Assembly (NCBI GenBank): GCA_964016885.1
Contig: OZ024763.1
Span: 13,206,001 to 13,270,000, forward strand
Direction of reading: 5' to 3'
Length of the DNA: 64,000 bases
From: Eledone cirrhosa
Taxonomy: Eukaryota
Positions 41,843 through 56,077 of this stretch are shown piece by piece. The position numbers and the translations under genes are program-made. The notes beneath the pieces are model-generated. The model was not told where the DNA came from. It searched no databases and was given only the letters and a program-made list of their open reading frames with translations. How positions within the stretch are numbered: the first letter of the stretch is position 1; each line of letters begins with the position of its first letter.

Positions 41843-42851
41843 TTACTTAAGCATCGTGCTTTCTCTGCTGGATGGTCACGGTTGTATAGGGGGTACGACG
41901 ACAGAATAAGTCCAGTGGGTGGCTGGTGGTGATGGTGGTAGTTGTATTGGTGGTGATGGTGGTGATGGTGGTGGTGGTGGTGATGGTGGTGGTGATGGTG
42001 GTGGTGGTGATGGTGGTGGTGACGGTGATGGTGATGGTGGTGGTGATGGTGATGGTGGTGGTGACGGTGGTGCTGGTGATGGTGGTGGTGATGGTGGTGG
42101 TGTGATGGGGGTGGAGGTGGTGGTGGTGATGGTAGTGGTGGTGACGGTGGTGGTGGTGATGGTAGTGGTGGTGGTGATCGTAGTGGTGGTGGTGATGGTA
42201 GTGGTGGTGGTGATCGTAGTGGAGGTGGTGGTGATGATGGTAGTGGTGGTGGTGATCGTAGTGGTGGTGGTGGTGGCGGCGGTGGTGGTGGTGATGGTAG
42301 TGGTGGTGGTGATGGTAGTGGTGGTGGTGATGGTAGTGGTGGTGTTATGGTGGTGGTGATGGTAGTGGTGATGGTGATGGTGGTGGTGGTGTGATGGGGG
42401 TGGTGAGGTTCTGATCTAAATCATTCGTTGAAGACCAGCATTGAATAACTTTTGGTCGATGTACTTTGTGTACATCTGAGTCTTGTTGACACCCACATAT
42501 ATATACATACACGTATACACACACACACACACACTATATATATATACACGTATACATACACACGTATACACACACACACTATATATATACATACACGTAT
42601 ACACACACACGTATACACACACACACACACTATATATATACATACACGTATACACACACACACACTATATATATATACACGTATACATACACACACATCA
42701 TATATATATACACACATATACATACACACATACACTATATATATACACGTATACATATGCACACACACACACCATATATATATACACATGTATACATACA
42801 GAGACACATCATATATATATATGTACACGTATACACACACACGTATACAGG

Positions 42852-42895
<44 letters not shown>

Positions 42896-42897
42896 TA

Positions 42898-42939
<42 letters not shown>

Positions 42940-43060
42940 CAATGATATTAAATAAATGGAAACTATATATTATATCATTGAATATTTACTCCAGAACAGT
43001 CGAGTGCTTTGAATCAGTTATTTGTTGAATTTCCAACAAATTAAATATCCCTTCTACTTA

Positions 43061-43575
43061 TCTATATATATGAAACTGAGGATGTCTGCCTGTGTGTGTG
43101 TGAGTTTGAATCCCTAAAACTAGAGAAGCACCCAACCGGCTGTTTTCAAACTTTACACATGTAATACTTATGATTCGGGGAGTGTTCTGAGCTAAACAAA
43201 TTTCAAATGTTCAATGCCCTAGGGACTGCCTTAGGCGATTTAGCGATCTCGCTGTATAATTCTTAGTCTTTTTATTTTTAGATAGATACACACATATAAC
43301 ATCGCGCCCTTATAATATCTGTCTGTATGTCTGGCTGTCTGCTGCCTCCGGTTATTCAGCCACCCTTGCTCAAGACAAATCTCACACTCATTCCCCAAAC
43401 AGTTGGTAAGTGCACACAACTTCTTCCTCACGTTTTAAGCCACAGTGTTGCTTACTTACGTACCACCAGACCCTTACTTCTTTGCCAGCCGTGGTTGTGG
43501 CAATACTAAGCTTAGCTAAGGCGGTTATATATTTCACAATACCTTATCCCGTGCAACGCCGGGTACCACTGCTAG
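43061..43575 (+). mobile_element. Non-autonomous Helitron
   Basis: A|TC start; CCCGTGCAACGCCGGG hairpin then CTAG|T; same termini as 56267-56933. Confidence 0.85.
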
Positions 43576-43634
43576 TATATATACTTTCATTCTTCAACTG
43601 GTTTTAGTTATTAGACTGTTCTTTCATATATATG

Positions 43635-43703
<69 letters not shown>

Positions 43704-43840
43704 AATTAATCATATTTGACTTAAGTGTCTTCTACAGCCAGGAGTGGTTGAAGTGCACTTTGATATTTATCTACCTTTCAATCTACCTATCTGTCTACTT
43801 CTCTCTCTCTCTATCTCTCAACCTTTCTATTTAGCTAACA

Positions 43841-43960
<120 letters not shown>

Positions 43961-44163
43961 CTATCTCTCTCTCTCTCTGTAAATGTATTAACATATCTAA
44001 CAACTCTCACTAAAAAAATTTCATTGAGGTCATCTCTCTCTTTCTTTCTCCCTCTCTCTCTCTCTATCCCAGAGAAAGAGAAAGGGAGAAAGGGATAAAA
44101 AGAGAAAGGGAGAAAGGGAGAAAAAGAGAAAAAGAGAGAGAGAGAGAGAAAGAAAGAGAAAGA

Positions 44164-44210
<47 letters not shown>

Positions 44211-44319
44211 CGAGAAAGAGAGAGAGGGAGATTGACAGAGTTTATATAGAGTTGTGTAATGTGAATCTTGAATGGGTGTTCTGGTGCGGATGGAATGGAA
44301 TGTGTATAGAAGGTGAAGA

Positions 44320-44510
44320 TGTGTGGCCTGGTGGTTAGGGTGTCCAGCTCATTGTCATGATGTTGGTTCAATTCCACTACAAGAGGGGTATTTTGTAACT
44401 TTTTAGCAAAATATATATTACGTTGCTCCTTCTGCAAGACCTTGTGACCTACAGAGAGTATCAGTAATGGAAAGACCAATGGAAACATTGTTTCCTTGGT
44501 CTGATCTGAT
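44320..44510 (+). mobile_element. SINE family 2 (seed of the downstream array)
   Basis: TGGCCTGGTGG A-box, GGTTCAATTCC B-box; body homologous to 560-778. Confidence 0.7.
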
Positions 44511-45900
44511 GATCAACTCCTTTCTTCTGTCAGGAGTTGTGACCAACAGATAGTATCAGCAATAGAAAGACCAATGGAAACATTGTTTCCTTGGTCTGAT
44601 CTGATGCTCAGCTCCTTTCTTCTACCAGGGGTTGTGACCAACAGACAGTATCAGCAATGGAAAGACCAATGGAGACATTGTTTCCTTCGTCTGATCTGGT
44701 GATCAGCTCCTCTCTTCTACCAGGAGTTGTGACCAACAGACAGTATCAGCAATGGAAAGACCAATGGAAACATTGTTTCCTTGGTCTGATCTGATGATCA
44801 GCTCCTTTCTTCTACCAGGAGTTGTGAACAACAGACAGTATCAGCAATGGAAAGACCAATGGAGACATTGTTTCCTTGGTCTGATCTGATGATCAGCTCC
44901 TTTCTTCTACCAGGAGTTGTGACCAACAGACAGTATCAGCAATGGAAAGACCAATGGAGACATTGTTTCCTTGGTCTGATCTGATGATCAGCTCCTTTCT
45001 TCTACCAGGAGTTGTGACCAACAGACAGTATCAGCAATGGAAAGACCAATGGAAACATTGTTTCCTTGGTCTGATCTGATGATCAGCTCCTTTCTTCTAC
45101 CAGGAGTTGTGACCAACAGATAGTATCAGCAATAGAAAGACCAATGGAGACATTGTTTCCTTGGTCTGATCTGATGATCAGCTCCTTTCTTCTGTCAGGA
45201 GTTGTGACCAACAGATAGTATCAGCAATAGAAAGACCAATGGAGACATTGTTTCCTTGGTCTGATCTGATGATCAGCTCCTTTCTTCTACCAGGAGTTGT
45301 GACCAACAGACAGTATCAACAATGGAAATACCAATGGAAACATTGTTTCCTTGGTCTGATCTGATGATCAGCTCCTTTCTTCTACCAGGAGTTGTGACCA
45401 ACAGACAGTATCAGCCATGGAAATACCAATGGAAACATTGTTTCCTTGGTCTGATCTGATGATCAGCTCCTTTCTTCTACCAGGAGTTGTGACCAACAGA
45501 CAGTATCAGCAATGGAAAGACCAATGGAAACATTGTTTCCTTGGTCTGATCTGATGATCAGCTCCTTTCTTCTACCAGGAGTTGTGACCAACAGATAGTA
45601 TCAGCAATAGAAAGACCAATGGAGACATTGTTTCCTTGGTCTGATCTGATGATCAGCTCCTTTCTTCTACCAGGAGTTGTGACCAACAGACAGTATCAAC
45701 AATGGAAAGATTGTTTCTTTCGTCTCATCTGATGATCAGCTTCTTTCTTCTGCTAGGAGCTTTGACTTACAGACAGTTGTTTTCTTGGTCTGATCTGATA
45801 ATCAGTTCCTTTCTTCTACCGGAAATTGAAAAACAACAGATAGTATCAACAATAGAAAGACCAATGAAAACATTGTTTCCTTGGTTTGATTTGATGATTG
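44441..45900. repeat. 95-bp tandem repeat, ~15 copies, derived from the SINE family 2 body
   Basis: GACCAATGG at 44474, 44569, 44664 and onward. Confidence 0.95.
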
Positions 45901-46159
45901 GCTAGGGAGCGGGAAAAGGACGTATAGCTAGGCCAAGAGACGTGCATTTCCCGCACTGCGGGGTTGACATTTCCTTGTCCCTTTGGTACATGATCCTCAG
46001 CTTTGCCAAATGCAGGATTTTTCGAATTAAAGGCCCAGTCCATCATATATTATAATGTCCGTCACTACGTATCACAGCCACGTGTGCATCTAGGTCATTC
46101 TCAGGGAGATCCAAAGTGACACAGTGTGCAACAAGCCCTAATCTTTGAATTACAGGTAC

Positions 46160-46375
46160 AGTCCATCCGTAAGGATGAAAGGCCAAGTCAACTTCGACAG
46201 GATTCGAACTCAGACCGTGAAGGGACGTAACTCCATGCTGCAAAACATGGCGTCCGGCCGTCTACTGATACTGCCAATCCACCGCCCTAAAGTAAATAAT
46301 ACTTGCCTATGATGCTGCGCATGTGGGATCGAACCGGAAGTTGACGATTACAAAGTGAAACACCTTAACCATGTT
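46160..46375 (-). mobile_element. SINE family 1 5' part plus a SINE family 2 head fragment
   Basis: Reverse-complement tRNA heads. Confidence 0.7.
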
Positions 46376-46753
46376 GTATCTCTACTGGAAGACATACATT
46401 CCTGATAGAAGGGTCAATAGGGGACTAGTGAAACAATGGTATAGAGAACTGGGGCTGACGTGGAAGAATTAAAGGAGGGGAAGAATGAAAAGAGACCCTA
46501 ATTAGGGTAACTATGTCTGTGTATGTATATGTGAGTGTATATGTATGTATGCATATTAGGACACTTGGTGGCCTAAATTGTCATATATATATATACATAC
46601 ATATATATATACACACACACACGAACATACATACATGCATATATATATATATACACACACACATGAACATACATACATGCATATATATATATATATACAC
46701 ACACACATGAACATACATACATGCATATATATATATACACACACAAACAACAT

Positions 46754-46818
<65 letters not shown>

Positions 46819-46935
46819 CCAATTTATACACATGTAAGTTTTATTAATATATTTTCTTCCCAAGTGATAAACTGTGTTATATTACTTCTGGTAATTATAT
46901 TTTATTACAATAATATTCTGTACACTATTAACGAC

Positions 46936-46998
<63 letters not shown>

Positions 46999-47086
46999 GG
47001 AAAAATTTGAACAGGAACAAAACAGAGAGGCAGTACAACGAATGTTTATTAATTTCACGCTCTGGAGAGTAGGGTGTTGGTGGGGA

Positions 47087-47118
47087 ACGACGTTTCGGGC
47101 ATAAGCCCTTCCTCAGGT
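47087..47118 (-). ncRNA. Minimal Penelope-type hammerhead core
   Basis: AC-CTGAGGA-A-GGGC-TTAT-GCCC-GAAA-CG-TC^GT; followed by AATAAA and a (TA)n junction at 46997; stem I is only 2 bp. Confidence 0.65.
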
Positions 47119-48305
47119 GAGAAGTGTGTGGGAACAGAGTTCAAAGGGTGTGTAGGGGAGTGGTGGAGAGACATATAGCGAAAGGAAACGGTGCGAATGA
47201 AATTAAAAATAAAAATAAAAATAAAGCATGATCAAAATACAAGGAATGAAATAAATTTAAATATAAAAGCATGATCAAAATAAACTGAAATTAAAAGGGG
47301 GGTAAAACAGGTGGTGGAAGGGTGTGGGGTGTGTAGGGGTGGTGGCGGGTGGAGTGGGGAGAGGGAGACGGGGTGTCCGAGCGGGGAGACGTGTGTGTGT
47401 GTGTGTGTGTGTATGTGAAAGTAAGGGTTGGGGGAAGAACGGGGTTGCATGTTCAGGAAGAGGTGTGTGTGTGGGGGGGGGGGGGGGGTTGTAGGTCGGA
47501 GTGTCTGTGCGTGTGTGGATAGAGGGGGGGGGGAAAGGAATCAGGAGGCTGAGGGTGTAAATATGTGGTGGAAAGCACGTGTGTGTGGGGTTTAAGTGTG
47601 TTGTGGGTGTAGGTGGCGTGTGGAGAAAAAATTTTTTTGGGGGGTGTGTGTGTGGGTGAGTTATATAGGTGATTACGTAAGAGGATGGTTGAAAAGTTGG
47701 TAAAATCCTATGGTGTTTAGTGGATTCTGTGGTGGTCAAGTTCCACATACGAGTATTCCATGAAGCGATGGTCGGAAGAGGAGAGATGTGGGGTGCGCGC
47801 GCAACAGGAAGTGGTCAAGCAGTGGGAGTGCTGTGTGTCTGTTTGTGCTGGGAGGTGGTCAGAGGGCATAGCAGCAGTGTCCTAATATACATACATACAT
47901 ATACATGTGTGTGTGTGTCTGTGTTTGTCATTATTATATAATCATATATATATACATATATATATATATGGCATGTATGTATGTAAGAAACGATTGTCAG
48001 CTATTAAATGATTTGAACACAACATTGATAATTGTCTAATTTATATATATATATATATATATACATACAATATTAAATAAATGGAAACTGTACTATCTCC
48101 TCTCTCTCACTATCATATATTATATATTATATAAACTCTCCATAGTCGTTTAAATAAACGGTTGCTTTTCAATTATTTACATATTCATTTGCATATTCAC
48201 CCATAAGTTTGAAAAATCCATAATACATTTCCACTATCCAGAGAATATCCAACTGATAAGGTATGATTTTCCTGGGTATGTCTCTACTTATAAAACAAAC
48301 TTTGT

Positions 48306-48366
48306 ATTTTATCTGAAGAAAGCGTACCAAAGTGTTTTGGTACCCTTGAAATATATATAATAAAAT
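48306..48366 (+). ncRNA. Minimal type I hammerhead, family A (element ~48068-48520)
   Basis: ATTTTAT-CTGAAGA-AAGCGTACCAA/TTGGTACCCTT-GAAA-TATATA-TA^ATAAAAT. Confidence 0.8.
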
Positions 48367-49085
48367 AAATATGGTTTTATAAATATAGTTTCCATTTATT
48401 TAATATCATTGAATATTGACTCCAAGAACTTGTTGAGTGCTCTAAATCAGTTATAAACATTTATATTTATATTTGTCGGATTTCCAACAAATTAAATATC
48501 CCAATATCCTTTCTCCTTATATATATATATATATACATGAGATATAAAGAAACACGATTCTAATTAGGGCTAACTATGTGATGGAAAGAGGGTTGGGGGA
48601 AGTGACCTCAATTGGTGTAATAACTGAGATGAGAGGCGCGGTGGGTGACTTAATTGCGGCTATTATTTGTGGAGGGGTGACCTCTACCCCTCTTCCCCCT
48701 ATTAGGGTGTGACTATTAAGGGGTGGGTGAGAGAGGGTGGTGGTGAGTAGAGGGCGCAGTGCCATATACATTACATAGACAATAGAAAGCTATGTAAACA
48801 GATGAAGAAAACGGGAGGATGACGTGGTGGAGGGTGGATGGCGTGGTGGAGGGTGGATGGCGTGGTGGAGGGTGGACGGGGCGGTGGAGGGTGGATCGCG
48901 TGCATGGCGTGGTGGAGGGTGGATGGCGTGGAGGGGATGTGGGGGGTTGTTGTAAGATAACCTAGTTATTTTTCTTAACTAAAACAACTTGTCTTTGATG
49001 TCTTAAACCCTCTCCCTACAAACATCATCATTCACTCTCACTTTCCCTTACTCTACCGTCACACCTACCCTCTCTACACTACCCC

Positions 49086-49168
<83 letters not shown>

Positions 49169-49311
49169 TTGTATGTCCGTGTAAGTATATATGAAATTGT
49201 GTATACATGTACGCATATATATATATGTATGTATTTACATATATATATATATATGTATTTATATATATGTAAATATATATATATATATATACGCATATAT
49301 ATATATGTATT

Positions 49312-49361
<50 letters not shown>

Positions 49362-49467
49362 CATATGTATTTATATATATGTAAATATATATATATATAC
49401 GCATATATATATATGTATTTATATATATGTAAATATATATATATATATATATGTATTTATATATATG

Positions 49468-49513
<46 letters not shown>

Positions 49514-50191
49514 AAAGAAGGATGTATCCCCACATGGGGAACAGCTGTCCATTTTAAACATGTAGTGTTGAGAATAACGACTGTGTTCTAGTTTTAAAGT
49601 TGTTTATCCTGTGTCGAACAAACACATACATATATTTGTGTGTGTATACATATATACACACAATTGACGTGATTATATTACGAAAATAAGAAAAGTCGTC
49701 AATAAAATGTTCTTTAGCTACACACACACACATATGTACACACGCAAACACACACACACACACATGTACACACGCAAACACACACACACATATGTACACA
49801 CGCAAACACCCACACACATATGTACACACGCAAACACCCACACACATATGTACACACGCAAACACCCACACACATATGAACACACGCAAACACACACACG
49901 CATATGTACACACGCAAACACACACACACATATATATATATATAGTATAAATTAAAGTATAGAAATTAATGTGAGCAAGAAGCCAACAGTATTCCATAAT
50001 ATATAAGTGACTATAACGTCAAAATGGAAAAATAGTTAACGTAAGATGTGGGAAAATAATTCAAAATCAATTTTAAAAAAATCAAGACATAGATTAATCC
50101 ATAGAATTTTGTGAAATCCAGGGAAAAACCAATAGAGCCTTAATAAGATAAAGCTTAAATACTCATTCTTCAGTTTAGAAAAAATGCAAAT

Positions 50192-50271
50192 GCTCTGTAT
50201 AGTCTTAAAAAGACTATTTCGCGAAACTTTCAGTGGGGATGGTTACGGTTGGAGTCGTTCATCAGCAGAGC
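50192..50271 (-). ncRNA. Type I hammerhead with a stable stem III (family H)
   Basis: GCTCTG-CTGATGA-ACGA..TCGC-GAAA-TAGTCTT-TTT-AAGACTA-TA^CAGAGC. Confidence 0.75.
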
Positions 50272-50424
50272 TCAACACGATAACCCTAAATCTCACTGTA
50301 GAATATGCCGAAAAGGTAATTTAAAGACAGGCTAGTTCACCTCGTACGTAATTATGAAAAATAAACGCACATGGAGAGACATGGCTGGTGACGTCACAAT
50401 GAGTATATATATTTATATAAGTTT

Positions 50425-50592
50425 ATCTCGAGTTCAATCGGGGGTAACCCCAGTAAGGTACTCAATACATAGCGGAGTATGAATATTTAATGTAGAAAGG
50501 CTTCTACGGGACTAGAATTGTTTCATTCCGGAGAAATCATCAGGAAGCCCTGAATGAAACAGTTCTAGTCTTGAAGAAGCCTTTCTACATTA
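50425..50592 (-). mobile_element. Fold-back HHR element, family B (HHR at 50499-50549)
   Basis: GGCTTC-CTGATGA-TTTCTCCGGAAT-GAAA-CAATTCTAGTCCCG-TA^GAAGCC; the inverted arm begins right after stem I. Confidence 0.75.
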
Positions 50593-50601
50593 TATATATA
50601 T

Positions 50602-50602
<1 letters not shown>

Positions 50603-50637
<35 letters not shown>

Positions 50638-50850
50638 GTTTAACGTCCATCTTCCATGCTAGCATGGGTTAGACGGGAGTTGTGCCACTTGAGACAAGGT
50701 TGGTCAGTGACCGGGTCTCGCTCATATAATACTATCTGGCAGGTTTTGTACGGCTGGATGCCCTTCCTAACACCAACCACATTTACAGTGTGGAACTGGG
50801 AACTTTTTACCGTGTTTCCTACACGGCCACATTACAGCGTGGACTGTGAG
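50603..50850 (-). mobile_element. SINE family 3 3' part with (ATG)n tail
   Basis: Conserved GGATGCCCTTCCTAAC block; relatives at 58035-58410 and 59383-59530. Confidence 0.6.
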
Positions 50851-50852
50851 TA

Positions 50853-50909
<57 letters not shown>

Positions 50910-51326
50910 CAGCGAGATCGTATTTCGGCTGTGGTAAAAAACAAAGCGAAACGAAATTTTCGAGATATGCGGCAAGCGCTCAATCGACTAAAAGAAGAGC
51001 AGAGCAATTAACATACGTTATAAAGGCCAGACAAAATGAAAACAGTGGTCGTGAAGCTATCAGCCACCGGAGCCAAAAAAAACGAAGCAAGCTAAACAGG
51101 TCAATATATATATTCCTTTTCTTTCTCCTTTTCCTCCCCTTTTTTTCTCTCTTTCTCTCTCCTTTTCCACCTGGCCTTTTGATTAATAAAAGGCCTCGGG
51201 CGTACCCGAACTACACCGATGTCCTGTAATTCAGCGCCGAAACATCGGTTCAGGAAACATTTACAGCTGACGAAGGAAACTCCTTTCTTCCTTTCTCCTC
51301 CTGTTCCGTCCTAACCACCATCCTAA

Positions 51327-51405
<79 letters not shown>

Positions 51406-51752
51406 GGTTATGCACGAGTGCATTAAGGTTTTCCAGGACACAGTGTTATGTACCGTGTAGTGGAATGTCAGCTTACAACAGAGTGGTGCTCAACGAAATG
51501 CAGAAAAAAGGTGTATATTCCAGTTTAGCTATATTCCGGGGCGTGTATAGAGAATTAAAAAGAACAGAAAGATGCAGTAAAAGAGATTTATTCGGTTCTT
51601 ACGTATATATATATATATATATATACGTTCTTACGTATATATATATATATATATATATACGTTCTTACGTATATATATATATATATATATATATATACGT
51701 TCTTACGTGTATATATATATATAACAAAGATTAATATGGTTCATCCTTTGAA

Positions 51753-51960
51753 TCATGAGAATGTTTTACAGATGTTGAAGTTCCCAGATATCGCGGGCAT
51801 TTGTTCCTTATGAATTAAAGAACTACGTTCTTTCTCCACAAATCCAGCTTCAGTGAAGACTTCAGGGGTTCTTGGCCCTCGGGCCGCATCCCTATTCACT
51901 GGTATCGGGGGGGGGGGGGGGGCAGAGTTGGTCGCCCGCAGGTGCGAGCTCCGTGAGGTG
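51753..51960 (-). mobile_element. Diverged R4/Dong-type endonuclease C-terminus
   Basis: EAGFVEKERSSLIHKEQMPAISGNFNICKTF aligns by eye to KLGFTGTERTQLVRKLQVQSINGTVKICKTF (6689-6904). Confidence 0.55.
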
Positions 51961-52760
51961 GAGTGGCTGTTACAACACGTATCTCTTGCCGTCCCCCGGG
52001 GCAATGTAATCTCCATCCTGTCGGCCGAGACCTAGGGATGGAGTGGCTGTCACAACACGTATCTCTTGCCGTCCCCCGGGGCAATGTATTCTCCATCCTG
52101 TCGGCCGGGACCTAGGGATGGAGTGGCTGTCACAACACGTATCCCCTGCCGTCCCCCGGGGCAATGAATTCTCCATCCCGTCGGCCGAGACCTAGGGATG
52201 GAGTGGCTGTCACAACACGTATCCCCTGCCGTCCCCCGGGGCAATGTATTCTCCATCCCGTCGGCCGGGACCTAGGGATGGAGTGGCTGTCACAACACGT
52301 ATCCCCTGCCGTCCCCCGGGGCAATGTATTCTCCATCCCGTCGGCCGGGACCTAGGGATGGAGTGGCTGTCACAACACGTATCCCCTGCCGTCCCCCGGG
52401 GCAATGTATTCTCCATCCCGTCGGCCGGGACCTAGGGATGGAGTGGCTGTCACAACACGTATCCCCTGCCGTCCCCCGGGGCAATGTATTCTCCATCCCG
52501 TCGGCCGGGACCTAGGGATGGAGTGGCTGTCACAACACGTATCCCCTGCCGTCCCCCGGGGCAATGTATTCTCCATCCCGTCGGCCGGGACCTAGGGATG
52601 GAGTGGCTGTTACAACACACACACGTATCCCCTGCCGTCCCCCGGGGCAATGCATTCTCCATCCCGTCGGCTGGGACCTAGGGATGGAGTGGCTGTTACA
52701 ACACGTATCTCTTGCCGTCCCCCGGGGCAATGCATTCTCCGTCCCGTCTGTCGGGACCCA
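51958..52760. repeat. GC-rich 80-bp tandem repeat, ~10 copies
   Basis: Central units are identical; edge units diverge. Confidence 0.95.
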
Positions 52761-53266
52761 GTTAGTTGGTGGCGGAGGATACTCGTTCGGACGCCACTCC
52801 TACAACTAAAGTATATCCATCTTTAACAAATAAATTAGATCAGTAAACATTTGACCAAGCAAAACTTTATCTTTGAGAATATACGGAGGCATAACCTTGG
52901 GAAAATGGCGTCTATGGCAAGAAGTGAAATTGCACCCCTGTCCAGCACTGTATGTTTACCTATGGAGCTAATAATTTATATAAAGGGTTTAATGATCCAG
53001 CCACCATAGTGTTCTCACCCATGACAGAGACATATCATACATCTGAAGGAGTTTCTTTATTCACTCTCTGATGAGGCTTATTTGACTTTAATAGAACGTG
53101 CTCCTAGTCCAAGTGGCACGCCCTTCATGTGGCGCCCGTGGCACGCCCTTCATGTGGCGCCCATGACACGCGTCATGTTTGTCATACCTTAGTTACGCTT
53201 CTGAGTGTATGCCATTCCACTATACCCTTAGGTCCATGTGGTTTGGTGTATAACCTGTAGCCCCTA

Positions 53267-53971
53267 ATAATTGTTTCTACTTTTGGCACAAGGCCAGCAA
53301 TAACCCAGTACATTACTGGTACTTTTATTTTATCGACCCCGTAAGGATGGAAGGCAAAGTTAACCTCGGCGGGATTTGAAGTCAGACCGTAAAGGGACGT
53401 AACTCTTTGCTGTAAAGCATGGCGTCCGACTCTCTACCGATACTGCCAATCCTCCAACCTGTAGCTCCAATAATTGTTTCTACTTTAGGCACAAGGCCAG
53501 CAATAACCCCAGTGTATTACTGGTACTTTATTTTATCGACCTCATAAGGATGAAAGGCAAAGTTAAACTCGGCGGGATTTGAACTCAGAATGGCAAGGGC
53601 CGTAACTCTATGCGTCAAAGTAGCTCCAATAATTGTTTCTACTTTTGGCACAAGGCCAGCAATAACCCCAGTGTATTACTGGTACTTTATTTTATCGACC
53701 TCGTAAGGATGAAAGGCAAAGTTAAGCTCGGCGGGATTTGAACTCAGAATGGCAAGGGCCGTAACTCTATGCGTCAAAGTAGCTCCAATAATTGTTTCTA
53801 CTTTAGGCACAAGGCCAGCAATTATGCCAGTGTATTACTGGTACTTTATTTTATCGACCCCGTAAGGATGAAAGGCAAAGTTAACCTCGGCGGGATTTGA
53901 ACTCAGAATGGCAAGGGCCGTAACTCTATACGTCAAAGCATGGCGTCCGACCCTCTACCGATATTGCCAAT
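53267..53971 (-). mobile_element. Four head-to-tail SINE family 1 units
   Basis: Units separated by GTAGCTCCAATAAT. Confidence 0.85.
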
Positions 53972-54693
53972 GATGGGCATGAAGCTGAAAGTATATCTTG
54001 GATACTGGATCTATAAAGTCCTCACCAATGGTCCATAGATATCCTCTCTCTCTCTCTTGTGTATTTCTCACTACATTTTGACATCAAGGGGGTAGCTGAC
54101 TTCTACACCAGGGCAGATTTTTAATGTGAGGTCCCAAACAACAATATGGGGTCGGTTGTGTTTTAATTAGGTAGCGGCTTTTATTTTCAAGTTCCACAAG
54201 AATTCCTTTCAGTCACCAGTCTCAACATATTCCGCCCTCTATCACTTTATTTTCGTCTACCGTAGTGCATTCTAGATTATTCTGTCTGTGTATGTGTGTA
54301 TAGATGTGTCTATGTATCTACGTATATATATATGTATGTACGTATGTATGTACATGTATATATGTGTGCATGTATGTACGTATATGTATGTATATGAATG
54401 AATGTATGGACATGTATATATGTATATATGTGTATGTATGTATATATGTGTATGTATGTACGTATATGTATGAATGTATGTATGTGTGTATATGTATGTA
54501 TGTATGTATATGTATTTATGTATGTATGTATGCATGCATGTATGTATGTGTGTGTATGTATGTATGTGTGTATGTATGTGTGTGTGTATGTCTGTGTGTG
54601 TGTGTGTGTGTGTATGTCTGTGTGTGTGTGTGTATGTGTGTATGTCTGTGTGTGTGTGTGTGTATGTATGTATATATGTGTCTATGTATCTAC

Positions 54694-54730
<37 letters not shown>

Positions 54731-54969
54731 TGTACGGATATGCATGTATGTATCTGTGTTTGTATGTGTGTATGTATGTGTGTATGTATGTATGGGTGTG
54801 TGTATGTATGTATGTGTGTGTGTATGTATGTGTGTGTGTGTGTATGTATGTGTGTATGTATGTATGTATGTATGTATGTGTGGGTGGGTGCATGTATGTA
54901 TGTGTGTGTGTGTATGTATGTATGTGTGTATGTGTGTATGTGTGTATGTGTGTATGTATGTATGTATGT

Positions 54970-55005
<36 letters not shown>

Positions 55006-55331
55006 GTGGGTGTGTGTATGTATGTATGTATGTATGTATGTATGTATGTATGTATGTATGTGTGGGTGTGTATGTATGTATGTGTGTGTGGGTGGGTGTA
55101 TGTATGTATGTATGTATGTATGTATGTATGTATGTATGTATGTGTGTATGTGTGTATGTATGTATGTATGTATGTATGTATGTATGTATGTGTGGGGTGT
55201 ATACATATATATGTGTATGTAAAGTTATGAAGACATCCTCCAACAACTAGAATCTGTTGGAATAGCAATCTAGACAAGCAATCCAGTGTTAGAACCAACG
55301 CGAAGAGATTCCACGCAGTCGATGACCAAAC

Positions 55332-56077
55332 AATATACCGTTGTTATGTAATAATTGTTTCTATTTTTGGCACAAGGCCAGCAAATACCCAGTGCATTAC
55401 TGGTACTTTATTTTATCGACCCCGTAAGGATGAAAGGCAAAGTTAACCTCGGCGGGGATTTGAACTCAGAATGGCAAGGGCCGCAACTCTATGCGTCATA
55501 GCATGGAGTCCGACCCTCTACCGATACAGCCAATAATATACCGTTGTTATGTAATAATTGTTTCTATTTTTGGCACAAGGCCAGCAAATACCCAGTGCAT
55601 TACTGGTACTTTATTTTATCGACCCCGTAAGGATGAAAGGCAAAGTTAACCTCGGCGGGGATTTGAACTCAGAATGGCAAGGGCCGCAACTCTATGCGTC
55701 ATAGCATGGAGTCCGACCCTCTACCGATACAGCCAACAATATACCGTTGTTATGTAATAATTGTTTCTATTTTTGGCACAAGGCCAGCAAATACCCAGTG
55801 CATTACTGGTACTTTATTTTATCGACCCCGTAAGGATGAAAGGCAAAGTTAACCTCGGCGGGGATTTGAACTCAGAATGGCAAGGGCCGCAACTCTATGC
55901 GTCATAGCATGGAGTCCGACCCTCTACCGATACAGCCAATAATATACCGTTGTTATGTAATAATTGTTTCCATTTTAGGCACAAGGCCAGCAATTAACCA
56001 GTACATTACTGGTACTTTATTTTATCGACCCCGTAAGGATGAAAGGCAAAGTCAACCTCGGCGGGATGTAATAATGG
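55332..56077 (-). mobile_element. Three near-identical 203-bp SINE+target units plus one truncated different SINE copy
   Basis: AATATACCGTTGTTATGTAATAAT at 55332, 55535, 55738 and 55941. Confidence 0.9.

Noticed and set aside
44441-45900. Tandem retrozyme-like array (CTGATGA plus a hairpin in each 95-bp unit)
   Set aside because: GACC follows the hairpin instead of GAAA, there is no correctly placed UH site, and the unit derives from a SINE body
51210-51300. CCGATGT/ACATCGG hairpin and CTGACGA-AGGA/TCCT
   Set aside because: No GAAA after the putative stem II; a complete ribozyme could not be assembled
52884-53203. Possible CAG-ended MITEs (also at 9813-10197 and 59655-60110)
   Set aside because: TIRs are too degenerate and there is no clear target duplication
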